A stretch of DNA of 28,195 bases from a virus (taxonomy: Duplodnaviria > Caudoviricetes), in the IMG/VR virus record IMGVR_UViG_3300044233_001111, positions 1 to 28,195 of that record. The stretch is one strand, 5' to 3'. The stretch's first letter is position 1. Each line of letters starts with the position of its first letter. Made by a program: the position numbers and the translations under genes. The notes beneath the pieces were generated by a model that searched no databases, was not told the DNA's origin, and saw nothing but the letters and a program-made list of their open reading frames with translations. Shown piece by piece: positions 1 to 6,727 of this stretch.

Positions 1-458
1 AGAACTGGAGTTGGCAGTATCCGAAGGGAGCACACTTTAGTAAACGTCATCCTAAACTTACAATGATTGATGGAACGTCACAATCACCAGAGGTTGAACG
101 TCTTGCTGGTATTGCAATGTCTCTGTTTCTGAACATCTATGAAAAAGGATTGCAAGGTAAAGTCTATCCAGAACTACTATGGGCTGGTGCATCTATCAAA
201 GATAAACATAGAGAAGATAATACGCACACAGATCACATGGACGATGTACCAAAGAATATGAAAGTTCTAAAAGTTCTTGGTGTGTTGAACTCTGATTGGA
301 AACAAGAGTGGGGCGGTGGATTTACTTGGAATGGTAAAACCTATTATGCAAAGCCTGGTTCATTTTATTTCTTTGATCCAAGAGTTCCGCATAGAGCAGA
401 TGATATTCTGTGTGACGAAAAACGAATTGCGATTGATTATACAGTAAGAGCAATGTAA
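1..458 (+). CDS. 2OG-Fe(II) oxygenase-fold protein, 5'-truncated by the window edge
   Basis: The frame of ORF 63..458 is open back to position 3 (NWSWQYPKGAHFSKRHPKLT-M), so the true start lies upstream. HxD (HTD), the W..EWGG motif, PG..Y.FD, distal His (PHRA) and RIAI Arg match the 2OG-Fe(II) dioxygenase double-stranded beta-helix pattern. Confidence 0.75.
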   Translation, partial: NWSWQYPKGAHFSKRHPKLTMIDGTSQSPEVERLAGIAMSLFLNIYEKGLQGKVYPELLWAGASIKDKHREDNTHTDHMDDVPKNMKVLKVLGVLNSDWKQEWGGGFTWNGKTYYAKPGSFYFFDPRVPHRADDILCDEKRIAIDYTVRAM

Positions 459-997
459 TGAACTATATCCAATATTATGATAATATTATGAAAAAGGATT
501 TGTGTGAGGAACTTATAGATAAGTTTGAAAACTCACCAGAACACTATGATGTTAGATCTAATAAAACTATGGACTTTACACAAATTAATCTCGTTCAAAA
601 TAAGGATTGGAATAAGTATGTAAATCCACTTAGTAAAATATTTTCATCTTGCATAGAGAGGTACAAAAGTGATTGTAATGTTGTGGGAAATATGTGGCCA
701 AAAAAATATGGGTTTGAAGAGTTTCGTTTAAAAAGATATCTTCCTAATGGAGTAGATGAATTTAGAAATCATGTAGATGTAACTAGGTATGCAACAGCAA
801 GAAGGTTTTTAGTTTTCTTTCTTTATCTTGATGACAATGAAATGGGACATACAACATTTCCTCAAATGGATATATCTGTTCAACCAAAGGTTGGAAGAAT
901 GTTGATGTTTCCACCAATGTGGACACATCTTCATGCTGGAACAAAACCAATTAAAAAACCAAAATATATTATAGGAAGTTATTTACATTATGTCTAA
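458..997 (+). CDS. 2OG-Fe(II) oxygenase, prolyl-4-hydroxylase-like
   Basis: KRY...FRNHVD (HxD), RFLVFFLYLDD, G.TTFP, PKVGRMLMFPP.WTHLH.G and KYII; this type is common in marine T4-like phages. TAATG overlap with the upstream stop. Confidence 0.85.
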   Translation: MNYIQYYDNIMKKDLCEELIDKFENSPEHYDVRSNKTMDFTQINLVQNKDWNKYVNPLSKIFSSCIERYKSDCNVVGNMWPKKYGFEEFRLKRYLPNGVDEFRNHVDVTRYATARRFLVFFLYLDDNEMGHTTFPQMDISVQPKVGRMLMFPPMWTHLHAGTKPIKKPKYIIGSYLHYV

Positions 998-1544
998 ACC
1001 AAACTATTATGATTTCAATGTGAGGTTTCCAATATACGAAACCAATATACTAAACCTTACTAATGCACGACATGAAGATGCAGACTTTACTCTGCATGAG
1101 AATCTTGAACGAATGATTCTTGAAACTGGTGATGAGATGCAGAAGTCTACTAATGTCAAAGCAGATATGACAAACTGGACTATGCACAAAACTCATACTG
1201 GTTTTAAACAACTTGCAGATATGGTGATTAGTATTGCTGGTCAACTTACAAAGAACAAACCACCGCTCTACACATCAGAGTGTTGGGGTGCTGTCTATGG
1301 TGAGGGTGAAGAAACAAAAGAACACAATCACTGGCCTTATCTGTGGAGTTGGTGTTACTATGTAAAAGCACCAGAGGGTTCAAGTCCTCTTGTCTTTCCA
1401 GAAACCAAACCAGTTATTTGTTTTGAACCAGAGGAAGGTGATCTGATTATCTTCTCATCTCTCGCACGACACAGTGTACCACCTTGCACTTGCAAGGAGA
1501 AACGAATTATGATTGCTGGAAATATTGGTGTCAAACAAATATGA
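990..1544 (+). CDS. Putative 2OG-Fe(II) oxygenase, HxH type (TIGR02466/2OG-FeII_Oxy_5-like)
   Basis: W.AVY..GE...EHNH..W.S.CYYV..P, PEEGDLIIFSS...HSV and RIMIAGN match the family pattern. 8-nt overlap with the upstream gene. Confidence 0.75.
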   Translation: MSKPNYYDFNVRFPIYETNILNLTNARHEDADFTLHENLERMILETGDEMQKSTNVKADMTNWTMHKTHTGFKQLADMVISIAGQLTKNKPPLYTSECWGAVYGEGEETKEHNHWPYLWSWCYYVKAPEGSSPLVFPETKPVICFEPEEGDLIIFSSLARHSVPPCTCKEKRIMIAGNIGVKQI

Positions 1545-2056
1545 GTGGTGCGACATACTACAAGTTTAATATGGAACTACCTATGTTGTGGGTAAATCTA
1601 AAAGAGTTTGACAATGATAAACTTGCAAACATTATCATTTCAAAAGGTGATGTGCAAAACAAGGAAACAAATGTCAAAGCAAACATGACAGGTTGGAGAC
1701 TTGACTTAGAACACGAAGAGGTGAATACTCTTGCAAACAAAGCAATAGAACTTGCAAGTGACATACGAAAGTCTTATAGTCAGATTGATTATTACACTCG
1801 TTCTTGTTGGGGTGCATCTTATACCAAAGGTCAATACACAGATGAACACGCACACTGGCCTTGTCTTTACAGTTGGTGTTATTATGTCAAAGCACCAAAG
1901 GGAAGTTCTCCACTTGTTTTTACTGAGGGGAACATAGAGTTTGAACCGACAGAAGGAGACTTGATTATTTTTTCCTCACTGGTAAATCATAAAGTTCCAA
2001 AGTGTGAATGTGAAGAACCTAGAGTTATGATTGCTGGTAATATTAGTGTGAGATAG
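1541..2056 (+). CDS. Putative 2OG-Fe(II) oxygenase, HxH type; paralogue of 990..1544
   Basis: Same motifs (EHAHWP..YSWCYYVKAP.GSSPLVF, PTEGDLIIFSSL..H.V, RVMIAGNI). Start placed at ATG 1541 (ATGA overlap with the upstream stop; MSGATYYKFN aligns with MSKPNYYDFN) rather than 1484. Confidence 0.75.
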   Translation: MSGATYYKFNMELPMLWVNLKEFDNDKLANIIISKGDVQNKETNVKANMTGWRLDLEHEEVNTLANKAIELASDIRKSYSQIDYYTRSCWGASYTKGQYTDEHAHWPCLYSWCYYVKAPKGSSPLVFTEGNIEFEPTEGDLIIFSSLVNHKVPKCECEEPRVMIAGNISVR

Positions 2057-2058
2057 AT

Positions 2059-2397
2059 ATGAGTGAAGATGATGATATGAAAGCCTATGGTTATGAGGGT
2101 GAGATAATAGCAGTCCTCATACCAAAAGAAAAACAAGAATTAAAAAAACCAAGAAGGTTTAAGGTTATTATTATAAATGATGACTACACACCTATGGAGT
2201 TTGTGGTCGGCATACTTATGACATATTTTAATAAAACAGTAGATGAGGCAGATGCTGTAACTTTGGAGATACACAAAAATGGTAAAGGTATTGCCGGTAT
2301 CTACCCTCTTGAAATCGCAGAAACAAAACTTAGACAGGCAATGAAACTCGCAAGAAAAGAGGAACATCCCCTATCAATCAAACTGGAATCAGAATAA
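2059..2397 (+). CDS. clpS: ATP-dependent Clp protease adaptor ClpS
   Basis: P.RFKVIIINDDYTPMEFVV..L..YF, IH..GKGIAGIY..EIAETK and AR..EHPL...LE are the canonical ClpS signature. Confidence 0.95.
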   Translation: MSEDDDMKAYGYEGEIIAVLIPKEKQELKKPRRFKVIIINDDYTPMEFVVGILMTYFNKTVDEADAVTLEIHKNGKGIAGIYPLEIAETKLRQAMKLARKEEHPLSIKLESE

Positions 2398-2398
2398 T

Positions 2399-2476
2399 CT
2401 GCCCGTAGCTCAGTTGGATTAGAGCAACGGTCTTCTAAACCGTAGGTCGCAGGTTCGACTCCTGCCGGGCAGGCCA
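2399..2476 (+). tRNA. tRNA-Arg, anticodon TCT (reads AGA)
   Basis: Cloverleaf folded by hand: acceptor CTGCCCG/CGGGCAG, D arm GCTC/GAGC, anticodon stem ACGGT/ACCGT with loop CT-TCT-AA (anticodon 2434-2436), T arm GCAGG-TTCGACT-CCTGC, discriminator G and encoded CCA. The GGA in the D loop provides the Arg identity element A20. Confidence 0.96.
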
Positions 2477-2489
2477 AAAACTTTACTTG

Positions 2490-2497
2490 TATAAATA
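2490..2497 (+). promoter_or_regulatory. T4-type late promoter TATAAATA
   Basis: Exact gp55 consensus in the intergenic space before ORF 2528, followed by AAGGAG at 2515-2520. Confidence 0.75.
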
Positions 2498-2527
2498 AAA
2501 TTTCCAACCAAGTAAAGGAGATGTCTA

Positions 2528-2743
2528 TTGATCAAATATAGAATTTGCCGTAAGCAAGTTCTTCATAAAGATTTGAACGAGAAAGACGCACTAGAAAAAA
2601 TGCATCAATTAAAAAAAGATGCTTTACAATATTCAGAAGAACTAGTTTACGAGTTAGAAGAATACTGGGTTACAAAAAAGAAAAAACTCCAGTGGGTTAA
2701 AGATAAAAAACATCCAAACCTATCCTATCAAAAACTTAAATAA
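2528..2743 (+). CDS. Small Lys-rich hypothetical protein (TTG start)
   Basis: 71-aa ORF with AAGGAG 7 nt upstream of the TTG and a late promoter upstream; it fills the gap between the tRNA and gp5. Confidence 0.6.
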   Translation: MIKYRICRKQVLHKDLNEKDALEKMHQLKKDALQYSEELVYELEEYWVTKKKKLQWVKDKKHPNLSYQKLK

Positions 2744-2748
2744 CTCTT

Positions 2749-2756
2749 TATAAATA
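2749..2756 (+). promoter_or_regulatory. T4-type late promoter TATAAATA
   Basis: Exact consensus upstream of gp5, followed by AAGGAG at 2764-2769. Confidence 0.8.
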
Positions 2757-2775
2757 ACTCTATAAGGAGTTATTG

Positions 2776-4209
2776 ATGCAAGAAGTTTATAAGCACTTCA
2801 TGGGTGAAGATGGTTTTGTTTGGTTCACTGGGGTTGTTGAAGATAGAAATGATCCATCTTCACTAGGTCGTGTTCGTGTTCGTTGTGTGGGATTTCACAC
2901 AGATGATCTAAATGACATACCCACGGCAGACTTACCTTGGGCTCATGTCATGCACCCAGTTACAGATCCATCCATGCAAGGGTTAGGACACACACCATCT
3001 TTTCTCGTAGAGGGGAGTTGGGTGTTTGGTTTTTTCCTAGACGCAAAAGAAAAACAACAACCCATGATCATGGGCAGTCTGCCTGGCATCCCAAAAGGAA
3101 AACCAAACTATGGATATGGATTTAATGATCCACGAAGTCCTTTTAGTAAACAACCAGCATATGCTGGAACTCCAACCTATGGCCCATATCCAGTAGATGA
3201 CATTGATTACGATATGCCATCTGGCCATGGTCTAGGTGAACCAGACACAAATAGACTTGCACAAGGTGAAAGTGCAGAGTCACATAATGCACTCATAAAA
3301 CTAAGAGAGAATAGACAGACTGGTATTCAGACTGCGACACAACCAAATCTGACAGAGGTTTCGGATGAGGCAGTTGCAGAGGAACGAGGAAGTTTTGATG
3401 AACCGCATCCACGAGATATTGATTATAATAATGTAGATGGTGAGGACTATGGATTTTATCGTGCGGGCCTATATCCATATAATCATGTTTTTGAATCTGA
3501 GTCTGGTCATCTAACAGAAGTGGATGATACACCAGGCAATGAAAGAACAATGCGTTATCACACTGCTGGTTCGTATGAGGAGATAATTGCAGACGGAACA
3601 AAGACAACAAAAGTAATCGGTGATAACTTTGAAATCATAATGAAGGACTCTAATGTTTATGTTGGTGGTAATGTCAATCTAACAATCGGTGGGACTGTTC
3701 GTCATCTTATCAAGGGAGACTATCACCTAGAGGTTGAAGGGAACTACACAAAAAAGATACACAAGAATATGAGAACTAAAGTTGGTGCTGGAGAGATTGG
3801 TGGAAATGTAGAGGAAGAAATATTTGGAAACCATTCTTACAATATATCCAACAATACAAAAGGTAGACATGGAGAGGATGTTGATATTATAGTTGGGGGA
3901 AATGAGACACGACAAATAAACGGAACTCTTGATATCTCTGTTCGCAGTAATATCTTTGCAACATCACTAGAGGGTAATTTTGACATGGCTGCAAAAACTA
4001 ATATGAGTTTGCAAACACAGTCTGGAATCTTCTCTGCAAAATCTGGAACAACTCTAAATATTAAATCGGTAGAAACTATGACTGTTAAATCAGAAGCAGA
4101 CATTGATATGGATTCAACAACTGAAACAGACATCACTGCTGGAACTCTGATGGACTTAAATGCTGGAACTGAGATTGACGCAGATGCACCAACGATTAAT
4201 TTGAACTAA
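2776..4209 (+). CDS. gp5: Baseplate hub/central spike protein, T4 gp5-like
   Basis: N-terminal OB fold (FVWFTGVVEDRNDP..LGRVRVRC.G.H...LPWA; EGSWVFGFFLD...QQP.I.GS), YPYNHV.ESESGH..EVDDTPG.ER...YH..G motif, VxGx beta-helix repeats, and a C-terminal INLN end. ATG 2776 fits the Shine-Dalgarno spacing; TTG 2773 is an alternative start. Confidence 0.92.
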   Translation: MQEVYKHFMGEDGFVWFTGVVEDRNDPSSLGRVRVRCVGFHTDDLNDIPTADLPWAHVMHPVTDPSMQGLGHTPSFLVEGSWVFGFFLDAKEKQQPMIMGSLPGIPKGKPNYGYGFNDPRSPFSKQPAYAGTPTYGPYPVDDIDYDMPSGHGLGEPDTNRLAQGESAESHNALIKLRENRQTGIQTATQPNLTEVSDEAVAEERGSFDEPHPRDIDYNNVDGEDYGFYRAGLYPYNHVFESESGHLTEVDDTPGNERTMRYHTAGSYEEIIADGTKTTKVIGDNFEIIMKDSNVYVGGNVNLTIGGTVRHLIKGDYHLEVEGNYTKKIHKNMRTKVGAGEIGGNVEEEIFGNHSYNISNNTKGRHGEDVDIIVGGNETRQINGTLDISVRSNIFATSLEGNFDMAAKTNMSLQTQSGIFSAKSGTTLNIKSVETMTVKSEADIDMDSTTETDITAGTLMDLNAGTEIDADAPTINLN

Positions 4210-4210
4210 A

Positions 4211-4423
4211 ATGAACGGAACATTTATCATAAGAGAAAAAAACGAACTTGTAACATACACGAAGTATGAAGATATACCTATGGAGTTTGACCATGTTATA
4301 AAGTTTGATCCAGATTGGCCTGAAGGCCCACACACAGATGAGGAACATGAATACATGGATACTTTTAATGATAAGTTACAAGACTTAATGAAAAGAGAGA
4401 GAACATATGCCGGCAGTAACTAG
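4211..4423 (+). CDS. Small acidic hypothetical protein between gp5 and PAAR
   Basis: 70-aa ORF starting 1 nt after the gp5 stop and overlapping the PAAR gene by 17 nt. Confidence 0.7.
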   Translation: MNGTFIIREKNELVTYTKYEDIPMEFDHVIKFDPDWPEGPHTDEEHEYMDTFNDKLQDLMKRERTYAGSN

Positions 4424-4703
4424 AATTGGAGATGCAGATGTAACACATTGTTCTGGTATGACAAGAGCTGCTGGTTCTTCAGATGTTTTTGTAAATAGTA
4501 TTGGAGTGAGTAGACAAGGTGATAATAATACTGGACATTTATTACCACCAAATATACCACCTTGTGCATCACACTCAGCACCAATTGCAAGTGGTTCTTC
4601 TACAGTATTTGTAAATGGTAAAGGTTGTGGTAGAGTTGGTGATTCAATTACTGGTTGTACATCTGTTGCAGCTGGTTCTTCAGATGTTTTTGCTGGGCCA
4701 TAG
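4407..4703 (+). CDS. gp5.4: PAAR-repeat spike tip protein, T4 gp5.4-like
   Basis: Three PAAR-like units (MPAVTRIGD, GVSRQGD, GCGRVGD) with GSSxVFxN repeats and His/Cys candidate metal ligands; lies just downstream of gp5. Confidence 0.92.
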   Translation: MPAVTRIGDADVTHCSGMTRAAGSSDVFVNSIGVSRQGDNNTGHLLPPNIPPCASHSAPIASGSSTVFVNGKGCGRVGDSITGCTSVAAGSSDVFAGP

Positions 4704-4713
4704 GGAGAAATAG

Positions 4714-6264
4714 ATGGCAAATCCAAACATACCAAATCTTTGCGGTGCAAATCCAAACCTAAATGAATCTTTGAGTAAGATAGAGGAACTCAAGGATAAA
4801 CTGTTATCTAATATAGATGTTGATGCGTCTACTCTCAAGTCAGAACTTGAAGAGGGATTAGATGAATTAACATCTGCGTTTGATAAACTAGAGGCAAAGT
4901 TACCAGAGGCACCAGCAGTAAATTTTCAGGCAGAGGTAACATCTCTAATCAATGATATAAACAAAACCACTGCTGCAGGCATTGGTGCTTTTAATACTAA
5001 ACTTGCAAGTTTAAAATTAGACTTTGGTAATACTCTTGAGGAAAAGGGAATAGACTTTGATAGTCTTATCGCATCAGCAGAGACAAAACTTGCTGGTGGT
5101 GGTAATGTTTGTGATCTTGTAAGTAACTTAGAAATACCTGCTGGTAATAGTGGAACTGGCATAACAACAGAGACAAAAGAAGAAAGAGGCACTGGCACAT
5201 CAATCACACTTACTGATACACCAAAAAGTATTGTAAGTGTTTTTGGTAAAAGATCTGGAGAAGGTTTTTTTGGTAGTGCTAATTATAAACAATCTGGTAG
5301 AACGATTACTACAACTGAAAGTTTTGAAATCATAAGAGTCAGGTATGTCATTGACCTCATAAAAGAAAAACCGATTGCAGTTAAACAAGCAGATAAGGAT
5401 GGAGAGAAAGAAGAGTTATCTATTGTATCAAAAAATCTAAAGTCTGTTGAAAAAAATGCAGAAGCAAAAGTTCAGGCTTTATCAAAACAAATAAATGACA
5501 GAACCGCAGCTGGTGTCTCAACTGATGATGTTCAAAAACAATTTGATACCCTTATCGCAACTTTGGAATCTGAAGAGTTCAAGACACAAATGAACAATGA
5601 TTTTGCCGCAGCAAAATCAGAGTATAATAAGATTGCTCAAGACCCATTGAAATATAAAACCATAACTGTTCCACAAGGAAATACAAGTTCTGTGAGTTCC
5701 ACATCTGATGAAGCAGCTGTTGCACAAGAAGAAAAGAAAGTTAGAAAAGTGAGGGCTACAACAACAGAGGATAGAAATACTGTTACTCAAGAACAAACAA
5801 CAATTACAACAAGTGGTGGTGAGGAAGTAACTATCACTGCACCTAAAACAGAAAAGACAGTCATATCAGAGAATGGTTTTACTAGTAGAAAAAATTATGT
5901 GTCTGAAAGCTTTATTAACTTTATAGATATTGAAGAATTAACAAAAATTAGAAAAATTTTTGGAACTAGTAAGTATCAAATTGTTGATCGTATTTCTTCT
6001 GGTATTGAACTTAAACAAACACCACTTACTATTGAGAGTGTTGCTGGAAGAAGTTATTTTCCCAATAGAGCCTCATTCTCATATGACGTTTTAGATGATT
6101 CAGACAAAAACAATATTACACCAGTAATACAAGATGATACAAAAAAAGTAATTTTTGTGCCAAGACCAAATCGGAAAAATAAAAATGTATCTGTTCGTGA
6201 CATACAAGTATTAAAAATAACATACACAGTATTAGAAAAGATTGACCCTAATTTTAAGGGATAG
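4714..6264 (+). CDS. Hypothetical protein, probably structural, with helical/coiled-coil segments
   Basis: 516-aa ORF with a GGGAG Shine-Dalgarno, located within the baseplate cluster; no family recognised. Confidence 0.7.
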   Translation: MANPNIPNLCGANPNLNESLSKIEELKDKLLSNIDVDASTLKSELEEGLDELTSAFDKLEAKLPEAPAVNFQAEVTSLINDINKTTAAGIGAFNTKLASLKLDFGNTLEEKGIDFDSLIASAETKLAGGGNVCDLVSNLEIPAGNSGTGITTETKEERGTGTSITLTDTPKSIVSVFGKRSGEGFFGSANYKQSGRTITTTESFEIIRVRYVIDLIKEKPIAVKQADKDGEKEELSIVSKNLKSVEKNAEAKVQALSKQINDRTAAGVSTDDVQKQFDTLIATLESEEFKTQMNNDFAAAKSEYNKIAQDPLKYKTITVPQGNTSSVSSTSDEAAVAQEEKKVRKVRATTTEDRNTVTQEQTTITTSGGEEVTITAPKTEKTVISENGFTSRKNYVSESFINFIDIEELTKIRKIFGTSKYQIVDRISSGIELKQTPLTIESVAGRSYFPNRASFSYDVLDDSDKNNITPVIQDDTKKVIFVPRPNRKNKNVSVRDIQVLKITYTVLEKIDPNFKG

Positions 6265-6268
6265 TCGT

Positions 6269-6276
6269 TATAAATA
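6269..6276 (+). promoter_or_regulatory. T4-type late promoter TATAAATA
   Basis: Exact consensus in the intergenic gap before gp25, followed by AGGAG. Confidence 0.8.
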
Positions 6277-6298
6277 AAATAAAACTAGGAGTCCATTT

Positions 6299-6727
6299 AT
6301 GTCAACTTATGATGCACAACAGACAAATGAAAGTGATCGTGTTGTAAAAGAATATGTAGATTTAGACCTGTTCTTTGGAAGAAAAAGTTCTAATTCTGAT
6401 ATTCAAGATTTAACAAATGTTAAGTCAGTAAAAAGATCTATTAGAAATCTTATATTGACTAATCACTTTGAAAAACCTTTTCACCCAGAGATTGGTAGTG
6501 GTGTGAGGGATATGTTATTTGAGAATATGACACCAGTTACAGCTCATATACTTGCTAGAAAAGTAGAAGATGTAATACTTAATTTTGAACCAAGAGCAAG
6601 ATTAGTCGGAGTGAGGGCAGAACCGATTTTAGATAGAAATACTTACGAAGTCACGATAGAATTTTATGTCGTAAATCAACCAACAGAGTTAGTAGACCTA
6701 TCAGTTATGTTAGAGAGATTACGATAA
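6299..6727 (+). CDS. gp25: Baseplate wedge subunit, gp25-like
   Basis: Y.DLDL.F, SVKRSIRNLILTN.FEKPFHPEIGS.V..MLFEN and I.NFEPRA.L..V motifs; ends LERLR and is coupled to gp6 by TAATG. Confidence 0.93.
   Translation: MSTYDAQQTNESDRVVKEYVDLDLFFGRKSSNSDIQDLTNVKSVKRSIRNLILTNHFEKPFHPEIGSGVRDMLFENMTPVTAHILARKVEDVILNFEPRARLVGVRAEPILDRNTYEVTIEFYVVNQPTELVDLSVMLERLR

Noticed and set aside
1484-1540. Upstream start for the fourth oxygenase
   Set aside because: It would overlap the previous gene by 61 nt; ATG 1541 gives an ATGA coupling and aligns with the paralogue's N-terminus.
2059-2476. Functional link between ClpS and tRNA-Arg as an N-terminal arginylation system
   Set aside because: No aminoacyl-transferase gene is present in the window, and bacterial N-degron transferases chiefly use Leu/Phe-tRNA. 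Adjacency alone is not enough.
2301-2507. Minus-strand 68-aa ORF
   Set aside because: It is the antisense reading of the tRNA and the clpS 3' end.
2521-2541. Mini-ORF MSIDQI directly after AAGGAG
   Set aside because: There is no spacing between the Shine-Dalgarno and this ATG; the TTG at 2528 has proper spacing.
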